This document shows positions 29,346 through 38,130 of a stretch of 51,571 nucleotides of DNA, piece by piece. The position numbers were made by a program, and so were the translations under genes. Location: contig JBIQJB010000014.1 in NCBI GenBank assembly GCA_044507735.1, forward strand, positions 1 to 51,571, read 5' to 3'. Below the pieces are notes generated by a model, which made no database searches, had not been told where the DNA came from, and saw only the letters and a program-made list of their open reading frames with translations. This DNA is from Nitrosopumilales archaeon. GTDB lineage: Archaea > Thermoproteota > Nitrososphaeria > Nitrososphaerales > Nitrososphaeraceae. Positions within the stretch are counted from its first letter, which is position 1. Every line of letters starts with the position of its first letter.

Positions 29346-29867
29346 TTATAGTTCTTCTACCATCTCTGCATAGTTATCGATTATTCTGTCGGTTAGGCTT
29401 GACTGATACTTTGACAGGACATCATAAACAAGGTCCCTGTCTGCCAGGCTATAAAGCTGGCATTCACCATACCTTACCAAGACTACGCCGTCCTCCTTCA
29501 TTCGTTTTAGGTGTGACGACACAGTCGACGGAGCCTTTTTCGTGTGCTCCACAATTTCGCTGAATGTGCACATGCTGTTTTCCAATATGAAAAACAATAT
29601 TTTCCTGACTGGCTCGTGCCTGACATATTTCAAGATGGTAGACTCTTTATCAGAAACGCTCAGTGGATAGTACCTTGTCATTCTTGACTTCCGATCTACC
29701 CTTATCGCGTCTGACTTTTCAAGCGCAGTCAGATGGTAGGTCAGGACGCCGTTGACAAATCCAGTCAGCCTCAACAATTCCCTGTAGCGGATGCCGGGGT
29801 TTTCCTCGATGTATCTCAGCAGGACTTCCCGTATGTCCACTATTTCTGCAGCCTGTCCTTCTACCAT
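29346..29867 (-). CDS. Double winged-HTH transcriptional regulator (ArsR/MarR-like)
   Basis: YIEENPGIRYREL...LTYHL..LE, and TFSEIV..TKKAPSTVSSHLKRM...GVV. Confidence 0.88.
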   Translation of the reverse strand: MVEGQAAEIVDIREVLLRYIEENPGIRYRELLRLTGFVNGVLTYHLTALEKSDAIRVDRKSRMTRYYPLSVSDKESTILKYVRHEPVRKILFFILENSMCTFSEIVEHTKKAPSTVSSHLKRMKEDGVVLVRYGECQLYSLADRDLVYDVLSKYQSSLTDRIIDNYAEMVEEL

Positions 29868-29870
29868 CTC

Positions 29871-30278
29871 TCACTTGTTCACCTTCAGAACCCCCAAGCC
29901 GAACATTGCTACCATCGCCAAAATAATGACGTGTGGAATCTCTATTCCAAGCGTAGAAATAGCGAACAGACTGACCACACTTGTAGCATCAAGCAGATAA
30001 ATGAATTCAACCATCGCCAGCGCCATGAACCCAAGTGTCATGAACAATAGCCTTGAGCCTGTGGCTCTACGATATGCAAGCATCGAGACTACGCTGAGAA
30101 AGACTGCAATCGTAAGACTGGCAATATGCAGAAGAATGTGATATATCATTGATGGGTGGGCGAGGTGGGGCATTATGATGGGGGCAACAATCCCTATGAC
30201 AATTGCCGTGATCAGCCCAAGCAGTATGGGTTTGCTGACAGAATCCTGTACAGGTTCGCCGCTGCTGCCCTTTTGCAT
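29871..30278 (-). CDS. His-rich four-TM membrane protein upstream of the regulator
   Basis: Four hydrophobic segments with PHLAHPSMIYHILLH and EIPH. Ends 3 nt before the regulator start. Confidence 0.8.
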   Translation of the reverse strand: MQKGSSGEPVQDSVSKPILLGLITAIVIGIVAPIIMPHLAHPSMIYHILLHIASLTIAVFLSVVSMLAYRRATGSRLLFMTLGFMALAMVEFIYLLDATSVVSLFAISTLGIEIPHVIILAMVAMFGLGVLKVNK

Positions 30279-30467
30279 CCACTATGTATATGGTAGTGTA
30301 CCACTAATAAGCCAATTGGTACATCGCCCGAAGAAGAAAAAGTGAGAAAAGGCGCGCAAAGTGCCTGATTTCTCTTTTGGCCCCTGAATGCCCCAAATCC
30401 AAAGAATCCGCCTATTGAAGCCGTCGCTGCCTAGACTCGGGGAATTGTACTATCTGGATTCTGCACA

Positions 30468-33392
30468 CTAGCGCCTGTCAAGGAGCATTGCCGCCCGCAC
30501 ATTGCGCTTGAGGTCGATAGCGCTCTTGCTATATGCAAGCGCGCTTATCGCGATGCCAGCTGCGATGGCAGGTCCGGCCAGGTCACTAAACGTAAAGCCA
30601 AGCTGGGGTATCCCTCCTGACGGCACTTCTCCTTGTCCTTCCTCACCGGGTGCAGTGGGCGAAGTTGATGGTTTAGCAGTTATCGTGATGCTGCCAAGTG
30701 CAGAGCCGCGCTGGGCCGCAAACCAGATCCTGCCTTTATCATCTGCAGTTATCCACTGGATTGTCGATCCACTAATTGGAATCTTGGCCTCTGCACCTAG
30801 GCCAGTCCTTGGGTCGATAACTCCAAGCCGATCTATTGTATGTTCTGCAAACCAAAGATTCCCGTAGTCGTCCATCGCCATTCCAAACGGAAGTCCATTC
30901 TGATTAACTGAAGGGAATTCGCGGAAGCTTTCAAGAAGTGAATTGAATACCAGTATTGTGTGACCACTGTGATCGGCGATGTAGATATTGTAGCTGTTTG
31001 GATCAGGGAATACCGCTGCAGGTTCCTCAAGAGTATACAGGCGGCTGTTAGGAGCGTATTCTGTGATGTTGCCCGTGGCTGGGTCGATCTTGGCAATATA
31101 ACCTGCTGCTTCGGCGAACCAGATGTTACCCTGTCTATCAGTCGCAATGCCGGCCGGCCGTGACGTGGGAGTGGGTATGTCGTAAGAGGCAAACGTCTCG
31201 CTTGCGGGATCGAACTTGACCACTACGTTGGCTTGAACTATAGGCATCCACAGGCTCCCACTCTGGTCCATGGCAAGCCCTGACGGGACGCCAGCGCGAG
31301 GTATCACAAACCTTCTGCTGGAGCTGTCTTGAGGATTATAGACGCCAAGTGCACCACTGTTATTTCCTCCTCCTATTGGATCCACGTACCATATTCTGCC
31401 GTCGGCAGCAAGCACGGTATTGGTTATCAGAGTGGCGTTGGGTATGCTGTGCATGGTATAGTTGTTAGTGTTGATATCAAACTGCCATATCCTCCCACTT
31501 CCAGGCACAGTATCACCGACCCATATCGACTGCCTTGCCGCGTCGAATATTGGGTAGTATGGGAGGCTGTTTTCAGGTGTTGTGTAATTTGCGACCTGGA
31601 ACTCTAGGTTTGAAACCAGAGGCTTGACGTTTGCGTTAATAGTTGCAAGGATGTTGTTGCCTTCGGTGTTCACACCCTCGACTTCAATGTGCCATGTTCC
31701 CTGCAGGCTGAACGCCGCATTAGCCGTAAAGACATTGCCAGCCTGACGGGTCATTTCGACTGTTATCGGGCCAATCCCTCTTTCGACTTGTGTCAGCTTC
31801 ATCGTGGCCGAGCTGATCCCTGTCGCATTGCTGCCGTCCAAATTAAAGAACGAAAGGCGGAAGCTGTTCTGACCTACCGCAAACGGGCTTATGGAAAGGT
31901 GAGCCTTTCCGTCGGTCGCATACAGTGTCCTGCTATAGTCGGTATTTGGCTGCTCAGCAAACGCTGACTGGGTGTCCTGCTGGCGCTCATACCCGGGGAA
32001 CTGACCGCTTGGCAGTGAGCCGTTTGCCATCAAAGAAACTGCTAACAGCAGCGCAATTCCTATGCCGGCTTCTGCCTTGAGCGTCTTGCCATAGTGTTTG
32101 AAACCTGTAATTCGTGTCCTTGTATCGTGGTCACCTCCTGTCATGACCACGACAGCCCTCTTCTGCACCACAAACTGCGAATATGCGCCCATTGCCACCA
32201 TTGCGCCTGCCAGCCCTAGCTTGACTGCCAATATCTGGCCATATAGCGAGGCAACCGTGAGAGAAAGATCGCTCTCAAGGGCAAATAGAAGTATAGGTCC
32301 TGTTATCACGGCGATGCCAAGGAGCGTCACCACCACAGTAGAGAATCGCGGGATCAGTATAGAGAGAGCGGCCGCTTTGACCCTTTCGTCTCCTATTGAA
32401 AGGAGCTTTGGCACTGCTACAAACCCAAGCAGAATCAAGCCGCCTATCCATATTGAAGCGGCCGCATTGTGGAAAAAGTCAAGTATCACCGGGAATATCT
32501 GGTTGGTAGCAGCCGCATGAGCCATCAGGCTTGACGTGACAAGCACCGCAAGACCCAGGATGAGTATCGCATACATTTCCGGCCTGCCTGTGCTTGAATT
32601 ACCTCTTGCTACCTTGCGGTAGACAGCCACGGCAATTCCCATCAAGATTGAAGACTGGAGCATCCTTGCCATCCAGACGTTGCCAAACTTGGTTGCAATT
32701 GCTTCAGGTATGCCTGCATCGATTGAAATTGCTTGTACGATGATGATAGCGACTCCTGACGCAAGAACAAGACCCGTACCAATAATGATAAGGCGCATCA
32801 TGTTCCTGTCAATCGATACACGTGTTTGCCCGATGGCGCTGCCAATCCAAGACACTCGTGAAAGAGGCTTCCAGAGCCACAATGTTGCAAACGCTGCGCC
32901 GACTACCATTGTCTGTCCGACCATGCCCGGGAACCTAGAGGCGGTATATTCTGGACCCAGCAGCGGCGCACCCTGAGCTTGAGCGGTCGTTTGCACGCCA
33001 ATTCCGAAAATGAATGTCTCTTCTACAGTATGACCATCGACTGCCGACAACACTCTCGTTGTCACGGTGTATTCGCCTTCAGGCAGGTTTGGTTGGAGTG
33101 TAGCCGCTATGGAAGCGGTGTCGCCTTCGACATTGTGCGGGTCATTCATATCGACTCTATTTCCATCGGGTCCTAGCACCCGAATGCTACTGTAGGAAAG
33201 CTCTATCGCTTCGCTAAAGAAAACCTTCACTTCTTCGGGCGATGATGAAACGCTCTCAAATGCTCCAGGCGTGGAATCGACGTAGACAGGATGAGCAAAC
33301 GATTGCTGTAGGCCCGATGCAAAGGTCAGGGCTGTTACGGTCAGCATCGCAATAGCAACAATAAACGAAAATTGCCGGCGTCTGCTTTGCAC
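30468..33392 (-). CDS. CopC-CopD-YtkA-like-NHL/Vgb beta-propeller fusion (copper uptake)
   Basis: SFA|HPVYVDSTP...V.FSE...YTV..RVLSAVDGH (CopC). Multi-TM segment with AHAAA, FHNAAASIWIGGL, PRFS, YG..L.VK (CopD). Propeller repeats DxxGNIWF. Start taken at GTG 33392 (ORF track 33521). Confidence 0.88.
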   Translation of the reverse strand: MQSRRRQFSFIVAIAMLTVTALTFASGLQQSFAHPVYVDSTPGAFESVSSSPEEVKVFFSEAIELSYSSIRVLGPDGNRVDMNDPHNVEGDTASIAATLQPNLPEGEYTVTTRVLSAVDGHTVEETFIFGIGVQTTAQAQGAPLLGPEYTASRFPGMVGQTMVVGAAFATLWLWKPLSRVSWIGSAIGQTRVSIDRNMMRLIIIGTGLVLASGVAIIIVQAISIDAGIPEAIATKFGNVWMARMLQSSILMGIAVAVYRKVARGNSSTGRPEMYAILILGLAVLVTSSLMAHAAATNQIFPVILDFFHNAAASIWIGGLILLGFVAVPKLLSIGDERVKAAALSILIPRFSTVVVTLLGIAVITGPILLFALESDLSLTVASLYGQILAVKLGLAGAMVAMGAYSQFVVQKRAVVVMTGGDHDTRTRITGFKHYGKTLKAEAGIGIALLLAVSLMANGSLPSGQFPGYERQQDTQSAFAEQPNTDYSRTLYATDGKAHLSISPFAVGQNSFRLSFFNLDGSNATGISSATMKLTQVERGIGPITVEMTRQAGNVFTANAAFSLQGTWHIEVEGVNTEGNNILATINANVKPLVSNLEFQVANYTTPENSLPYYPIFDAARQSIWVGDTVPGSGRIWQFDINTNNYTMHSIPNATLITNTVLAADGRIWYVDPIGGGNNSGALGVYNPQDSSSRRFVIPRAGVPSGLAMDQSGSLWMPIVQANVVVKFDPASETFASYDIPTPTSRPAGIATDRQGNIWFAEAAGYIAKIDPATGNITEYAPNSRLYTLEEPAAVFPDPNSYNIYIADHSGHTILVFNSLLESFREFPSVNQNGLPFGMAMDDYGNLWFAEHTIDRLGVIDPRTGLGAEAKIPISGSTIQWITADDKGRIWFAAQRGSALGSITITAKPSTSPTAPGEEGQGEVPSGGIPQLGFTFSDLAGPAIAAGIAISALAYSKSAIDLKRNVRAAMLLDRR

Positions 33393-33496
33393 GTGTAAAA
33401 TATGACATGCACCATATTTGACTCTTGCTTGATTTGTAGTACAAAGCCCGAAATATGCCGAAAGATTATAAGCATTTGAAGAGAAATTTATGTTGA

Positions 33497-34177
33497 ATGA
33501 AAATCGCGCTGATCCTTGCAAGTGTCCTCATAATGTCATCAGTTTTGGCGTTCAGTGGCGCTCGCCCAGCCATGGCGCATGCAGAAATTGTACAGGGAGA
33601 CATCAAAATCGTAGCAGGATGGAGGAACGAGCCCCCGATTGTAGGGCAACTCAATGGCATTGAACTTACGATAACCAGAGTGTCAGATGGCCAGCCGATC
33701 AGTAACGCAGTGGCTCAGCTTGATGTCAGTATCAAGAAAGGTACTCCGACCAAGTCCCTTAACTTCCAGCCGACGGAAGAGTCCGGCGTTTACGCGGCAG
33801 ATATTCTGCCGACTCAGACGGGACAATATACAGTCGTCATGAGAGGAACCATATCGGGTCAGGCCATTGACGGCCAGATAGAGATAGAGGACGTTGGGGA
33901 CACTGTCGCTTTGGCCTTCCCACCAAGCACGAGCGGTGGCATATCAGAGGAAGTGCTAGCGCAGCTGCAGACTGTGATCACTGACTTGTCTGCTCAGGTA
34001 GACGAGGCCAACACTTCTGCAGAAGAGGCTAGGACAGCGGCTGCAGGCGCAACAGAAGCATCGGAAGACCTAAGAATGGCGGCTGACAGAGCATACCTGT
34101 TTGGAATGGTGGGCGTTGGGGTCGGTGTGGCAGGCATCGCCATTGGAGTCACCGCCCTTCGCAGGGAAAAAATCTAA
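33497..34177 (+). CDS. Exported protein, mature N-terminus predicted HAE, with Ig-like domain, coiled coil and TM anchor
   Basis: Signal peptide ending AMA|H, GW.NEPP, ILPTQTGQY. Divergent from the copC/D fusion. Confidence 0.82.
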   Translation: MKIALILASVLIMSSVLAFSGARPAMAHAEIVQGDIKIVAGWRNEPPIVGQLNGIELTITRVSDGQPISNAVAQLDVSIKKGTPTKSLNFQPTEESGVYAADILPTQTGQYTVVMRGTISGQAIDGQIEIEDVGDTVALAFPPSTSGGISEEVLAQLQTVITDLSAQVDEANTSAEEARTAAAGATEASEDLRMAADRAYLFGMVGVGVGVAGIAIGVTALRREKI

Positions 34178-34701
34178 CGCCTGCTAAACCAACGCGCGAA
34201 TACCAGTGAACCGCCCATCATCGCGGCTACCGCGGCGCCAACAATGCCTATTGGAAATTCAGGGACCACCGTCACCGGAAATTCCACTTCTTCTTCAGTA
34301 GGTATTGGTGGTGCGATACCAGTGCCGCCAAGGAAGACTTGAATTGTGTAGTCACCATTTTCTTGGAAGGTGTAAGGAACCGTAATAGTACCCTCTACGT
34401 TGTGAATTAGCACTTGGCCGGTCTGCTGTGCCGCGCTGAATATCTGTACTCCGTCCTTCAGAATCCTAAAGTCATAGTCCTGATGTTCGTGAAGAGTGTC
34501 AGTTCCTGGGTTGAAGAAGCTCACTCTAAAGGACGCACTCCTATCCTCTTTCCAGATTGGCTCGACCATGATGTCCAGTGTTCCCTTGCTAGTTGTATCT
34601 CTCATACCACCGCCCTCTTGTGCGCTTGCGACGAGTGGTGTTGCTGTAATGCTGAAAGCCGCTGCCAACAGCAGCGCTGCCAGAAAAATGCGCCTTGCCA
34701 T
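34174..34701 (-). CDS. Exported Ig-like protein with PEF(G)-CTERM-type sorting signal
   Basis: Signal peptide, HQDYDF, YTFQENGDY, then VVPEFP plus TM plus basic end. Confidence 0.82.
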   Translation of the reverse strand: MARRIFLAALLLAAAFSITATPLVASAQEGGGMRDTTSKGTLDIMVEPIWKEDRSASFRVSFFNPGTDTLHEHQDYDFRILKDGVQIFSAAQQTGQVLIHNVEGTITVPYTFQENGDYTIQVFLGGTGIAPPIPTEEEVEFPVTVVPEFPIGIVGAAVAAMMGGSLVFARWFSRR

Positions 34702-34706
34702 TACAA

Positions 34707-35186
34707 TTAGTTGTCCCGCTGCCTAAATAAATTGTTGTATTGGCCAGCAAGTACCACTATGCTGAAGGCCATTGCTCCGAATACAAGTGAGGTGAGAGGA
34801 AACTCGGGAGTTACCTGTATTGGAATGACGACTCCTTCACCCAGCCCTTCGATATCCTCGAGCCTGATTTCATAGGACCCTGTGTCATCAAATGCGAATT
34901 CCTGTCTGATTGTGGTCTGGTCTAGACGAACCAACTCTCTGCCTCCGCTTCCGTAGATCGAAAAGTCATATAGCACATCCTCGATCTCTTTGCCGGTCTC
35001 TGGCTCGACAAAGCGAATATCAAACACGTGCGCGTGACCAATTTCCGCAGGTGTCCACGCTAGTTCAACCAAAAACGTCCCCTGATCACTTGTAGCTTCC
35101 AGCACAATCTGCTCCTGCGCATATGCTTGACCAAGAGCTGCAAGGAAGCTTGAGAGCACGGCAAGAGCAATAATCAGACCAATCAA
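34707..35186 (-). CDS. Exported Ig-like protein with PEF(G)-CTERM-type sorting signal (paralog of 34174-34701)
   Basis: Signal peptide, TSDQGTF.V...W, YDF, FDDTGSY, VTPEFP plus TM. Confidence 0.8.
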   Translation of the reverse strand: MIGLIIALAVLSSFLAALGQAYAQEQIVLEATSDQGTFLVELAWTPAEIGHAHVFDIRFVEPETGKEIEDVLYDFSIYGSGGRELVRLDQTTIRQEFAFDDTGSYEIRLEDIEGLGEGVVIPIQVTPEFPLTSLVFGAMAFSIVVLAGQYNNLFRQRDN

Positions 35187-35901
35187 GTCAACTACCCTCT
35201 TCGGCTAGATCATTTGACGGTTTTGTAACTGCCGTTCTATTGCGGCGTACGTTCTTGTTGTACGCCTCGTTCTTGAAATCAGAATCCAGACCAAACTGGC
35301 AACCCCGATTATAAAAGGCACCTATTTGGCACAGTATGCTTGTTGGTCGCTTGACCTTTCTTGTTTTGGACATCGTGGTTTGTTGCTCTAATTCAATATG
35401 TTGATCTGCTATTTATTTCAGTTAGCAATCAGAGTTGCATTGTTCCCCCCACGACTGTAAAATAGATCAAGAATCTTCTTGATAATATTGCGACCCTTCA
35501 GGCTTTCCGCTCACCATGTATCCGCACTGGCAGAAGAGTGCTGGAGACTGAAGAAAAATACGGGGTATGGAATATGGTTCTTTTGCCCACCCACCTCTCT
35601 CCGACGCATTTGCCGGACGGGCACTGGACTGTTCCGTTGGGCATACGCACATCCATACATTCAGAAACTGAGAATGGCCTTGCACCCTGCAAGCGGACAA
35701 GATCTTGGTCAATGGCAAAGTGCGCGAGTTTCCTTGCGTTATTTTCCATAAATCTTGTTCGCTCTAATTCCCATACACGGCCAAGATATCTAGAAAAGTT
35801 TCGTGGGCGAACCAGTGCACTTAGTAATGCAGGTAAAAGTTATCACGTTGTTGAAGTTTTCATCTACGATGTGATAAAAAGAAGAAAATGAAGGAAGGCC
35901 A

Positions 35902-36777
35902 TTAGGCTCTTCCAAAGAATCCAGTTCCACTTCTTGCGAACCTAGTGTAGCCAATGATAGCCGCGATTGTTGCTGCAAGTATTGCTGCAATAACAGGGAA
36001 TTCAGGAACCACAACCTCTGCCGTAATCGTCACAGAAGTCTCGCCCTCTGGCACTGTGAATGAAATGGTCGTGTTTGTGGCGTCCTCGCTTACTACCTGA
36101 TACTGAATTTGCTGAGTTCCTGCCATCACTGCTGTGATATTGCGTACCATATCCGCAGGTAGTGCTAGCTCTACGTCACCTGCGCCATCAAATTCGATTT
36201 CGACCGATTGGCCCGGGTTGATCGAGGCTGCTGTTGCTGAAGCGCTTCCAGATCCTGTTATTTCATATTCGTTACCATCGGCATCTGTGGCAGTTATTGA
36301 GAATTCTGTGGGTGTTGTTGGTTCCGACCCGCCATCGGTTGTATTGCCATCGGTTGTATTGCCACCGTTGTTGTCACCCCCGGTTGAAGCTGAAACTACT
36401 ACAGTGCCTACCATGTTCGGGTGGAGGCCGCAATAGTACGGGAACTCGCCCGCTTCTGCGAAAGTGTGGCTGAAAGTCTGTTGTGGAGCCAGCAGCGGGT
36501 TAAAGTTTGGCGAAGAGTCGAATTTGCCGTCCGGTGTTCCAGCAGTGCCTGACGTGACTGTGTGTGGAGTCGAATCTTTGTTGGTCCACGTAACAGTGTC
36601 CCCAACGTTGATTTGGAGTGGGTTTGGCGAATACGCATCGGTCGTCAAGCTTGACGAACCGGATTTTATCTCTGCTGCTACATCAGCTGCGAAGGCCGGC
36701 GTCAGTGTCGATATAGGTGCTAGCACTGCAGCAATTGCTGCTACCAGCCCGACAGCGACTGCAATTCTAGAGTTCAT
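35902..36777 (-). CDS. Blue (type 1) copper protein, plastocyanin/amicyanin-like, with PEF-CTERM anchor
   Basis: GDTVTWTN.D..PHTV and YYCGLHPNM give H,C,H,M ligands. VVPEFP plus TM. Confidence 0.93.
   Translation of the reverse strand: MNSRIAVAVGLVAAIAAVLAPISTLTPAFAADVAAEIKSGSSSLTTDAYSPNPLQINVGDTVTWTNKDSTPHTVTSGTAGTPDGKFDSSPNFNPLLAPQQTFSHTFAEAGEFPYYCGLHPNMVGTVVVSASTGGDNNGGNTTDGNTTDGGSEPTTPTEFSITATDADGNEYEITGSGSASATAASINPGQSVEIEFDGAGDVELALPADMVRNITAVMAGTQQIQYQVVSEDATNTTISFTVPEGETSVTITAEVVVPEFPVIAAILAATIAAIIGYTRFARSGTGFFGRA
36331..36360. repeat. 15-bp tandem duplication in the blue-copper linker (GNTTD x2)
   Basis: GCCATCGGTTGTATT x2. Confidence 0.85.
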
Positions 36778-36791
36778 TGGCTAAGGACAAG

Positions 36792-36808
36792 ATTTTATGC
36801 CATAAAAT
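36792..36808. promoter_or_regulatory. Perfect 8-1-8 palindrome upstream of the blue-copper gene
   Basis: ATTTTATG-C-CATAAAAT, 15 nt before the start codon. Confidence 0.45.
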
Positions 36809-36903
36809 GGTTTTGGTTGACGGAATACCAGCCAAGTACGAATGTAACGTAACAATTCTACATAAGGCAGATTTTTAAGATTGCAATTCTTGCAATTTCT
36901 CTT

Positions 36904-37818
36904 GTGCGGATTGTCTCATTCCTTCCAAGCGCAACAGAAACGCTGTACAAGCTTGGTGCAGGCAGCCAAATAGTCGGTGTAACGCACGAGTGCAGATTCC
37001 CCGTTCAAGCAAGGAAAAAGCCTCGCGTGATCAAGCCTTCTTTTGATCCAAACAAGATGACTGGCAGAGAGATTGATGCCAAGATAGTCGAGCTAATGCG
37101 CTCGGGCAGTGACATCTATGTAGTGGATGAAAAGGTTCTAAAAAAGGCAGATCCCGATCTGATAGTTGCGCAAGGGATCTGCGAAGTCTGCTCGCCTTTT
37201 ACAAAGGAGATAAGCCGTGCAGTGAAAATACTCGGAGGTCAACCAGACGTTCTGGTGCTCGACCCTCACGACCTTGACGACATCCTTGTCAGCATAAGGA
37301 AGGTAGCAGAAAAGGTAGGTAGAACCGATGAAGGGTCCAAGCTTGTTTCCTCATTGCAAGAGAGAATTGACTCAGTTCGTGCAATGAAAATAAAGAATCG
37401 TCCGAGAGTGGTCTGCATAGAATGGCTCGACCCGCTCTTCACCGCGGGCCACTGGGTGCCCCAGATGGTCGAATACGCAGGCGGAATAAATGGCATCAGT
37501 GTAGCCGGCGAGCCATCCCGCAGAATGGATATAGACGAAGTTGTGCAATTTGATCCAGACATCATTGTCCTCATGCCATGCGGATTTGGAATTCCTCGCA
37601 CACTAAGAGAGCTGCCAGCGCTTGCACGCAATGAAAAATGGAAGTCGCTTCGCGCAGTCAAGAATGGTGATGTCTACACAGTTAATGCCAATGCATATTT
37701 CAGCAAGCCTGGTCCAAGAGCTGTGATAGGACTTGAGATATTGGCAAAAATCTTGCACCCTGAGGCCTCGCGGCACATCAGGGTTCAGAAAGGTTCTTAT
37801 AAAAAACTACTGGGTTAG
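36904..37818 (+). CDS. BtuF/TroA-like cobalamin-binding protein without signal peptide
   Basis: Starts directly at MRIVSFLPSATE. EWLDP...GHWVP.MV..AGG, YFSKPGPR. Confidence 0.88.
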   Translation: MRIVSFLPSATETLYKLGAGSQIVGVTHECRFPVQARKKPRVIKPSFDPNKMTGREIDAKIVELMRSGSDIYVVDEKVLKKADPDLIVAQGICEVCSPFTKEISRAVKILGGQPDVLVLDPHDLDDILVSIRKVAEKVGRTDEGSKLVSSLQERIDSVRAMKIKNRPRVVCIEWLDPLFTAGHWVPQMVEYAGGINGISVAGEPSRRMDIDEVVQFDPDIIVLMPCGFGIPRTLRELPALARNEKWKSLRAVKNGDVYTVNANAYFSKPGPRAVIGLEILAKILHPEASRHIRVQKGSYKKLLG

Positions 37819-38118
37819 GGAGACTTCGATGTATACGTCGTCAGGGATCTTCAGTCGCATCAGCTGTCGGATGGCCCTGTCGTCGGCTCCGACATCAATC
37901 ACGCGCCGGTGGATCCTCATCTCGTATTTGTCATAAGTATTTGTGCCCTGGCCGCAAGGTGACTTCCTTGTCACTACCTTGAGTTTCTTGGTCGGCAGGG
38001 GGTGGGGTCCCTTGAGCTTTATGCCCGACTTCTCAGTCATCCCCTTTATCTCTGTGCAGACGCCTTCCAGCGTCGCGAGATTTGTGCTAGTAAGTTTGAT
38101 TCTTGCTGCTTGCGGCAT
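37807..38118 (-). CDS. rps10: 30S ribosomal protein uS10
   Basis: ARIKLTS, GPHPLPTKKL, RKSPCGQGT, YEMRIHRR. Confidence 0.98.
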   Translation of the reverse strand: MPQAARIKLTSTNLATLEGVCTEIKGMTEKSGIKLKGPHPLPTKKLKVVTRKSPCGQGTNTYDKYEMRIHRRVIDVGADDRAIRQLMRLKIPDDVYIEVSLTQ

Positions 38119-38130
38119 TTGCTAGTTCAC

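Noticed and set aside
35188-35891. Several overlapping 61-117 aa ORFs inside the copper island
   Set aside because: Mutually overlapping, with no signal peptide or family motif. None stands out.
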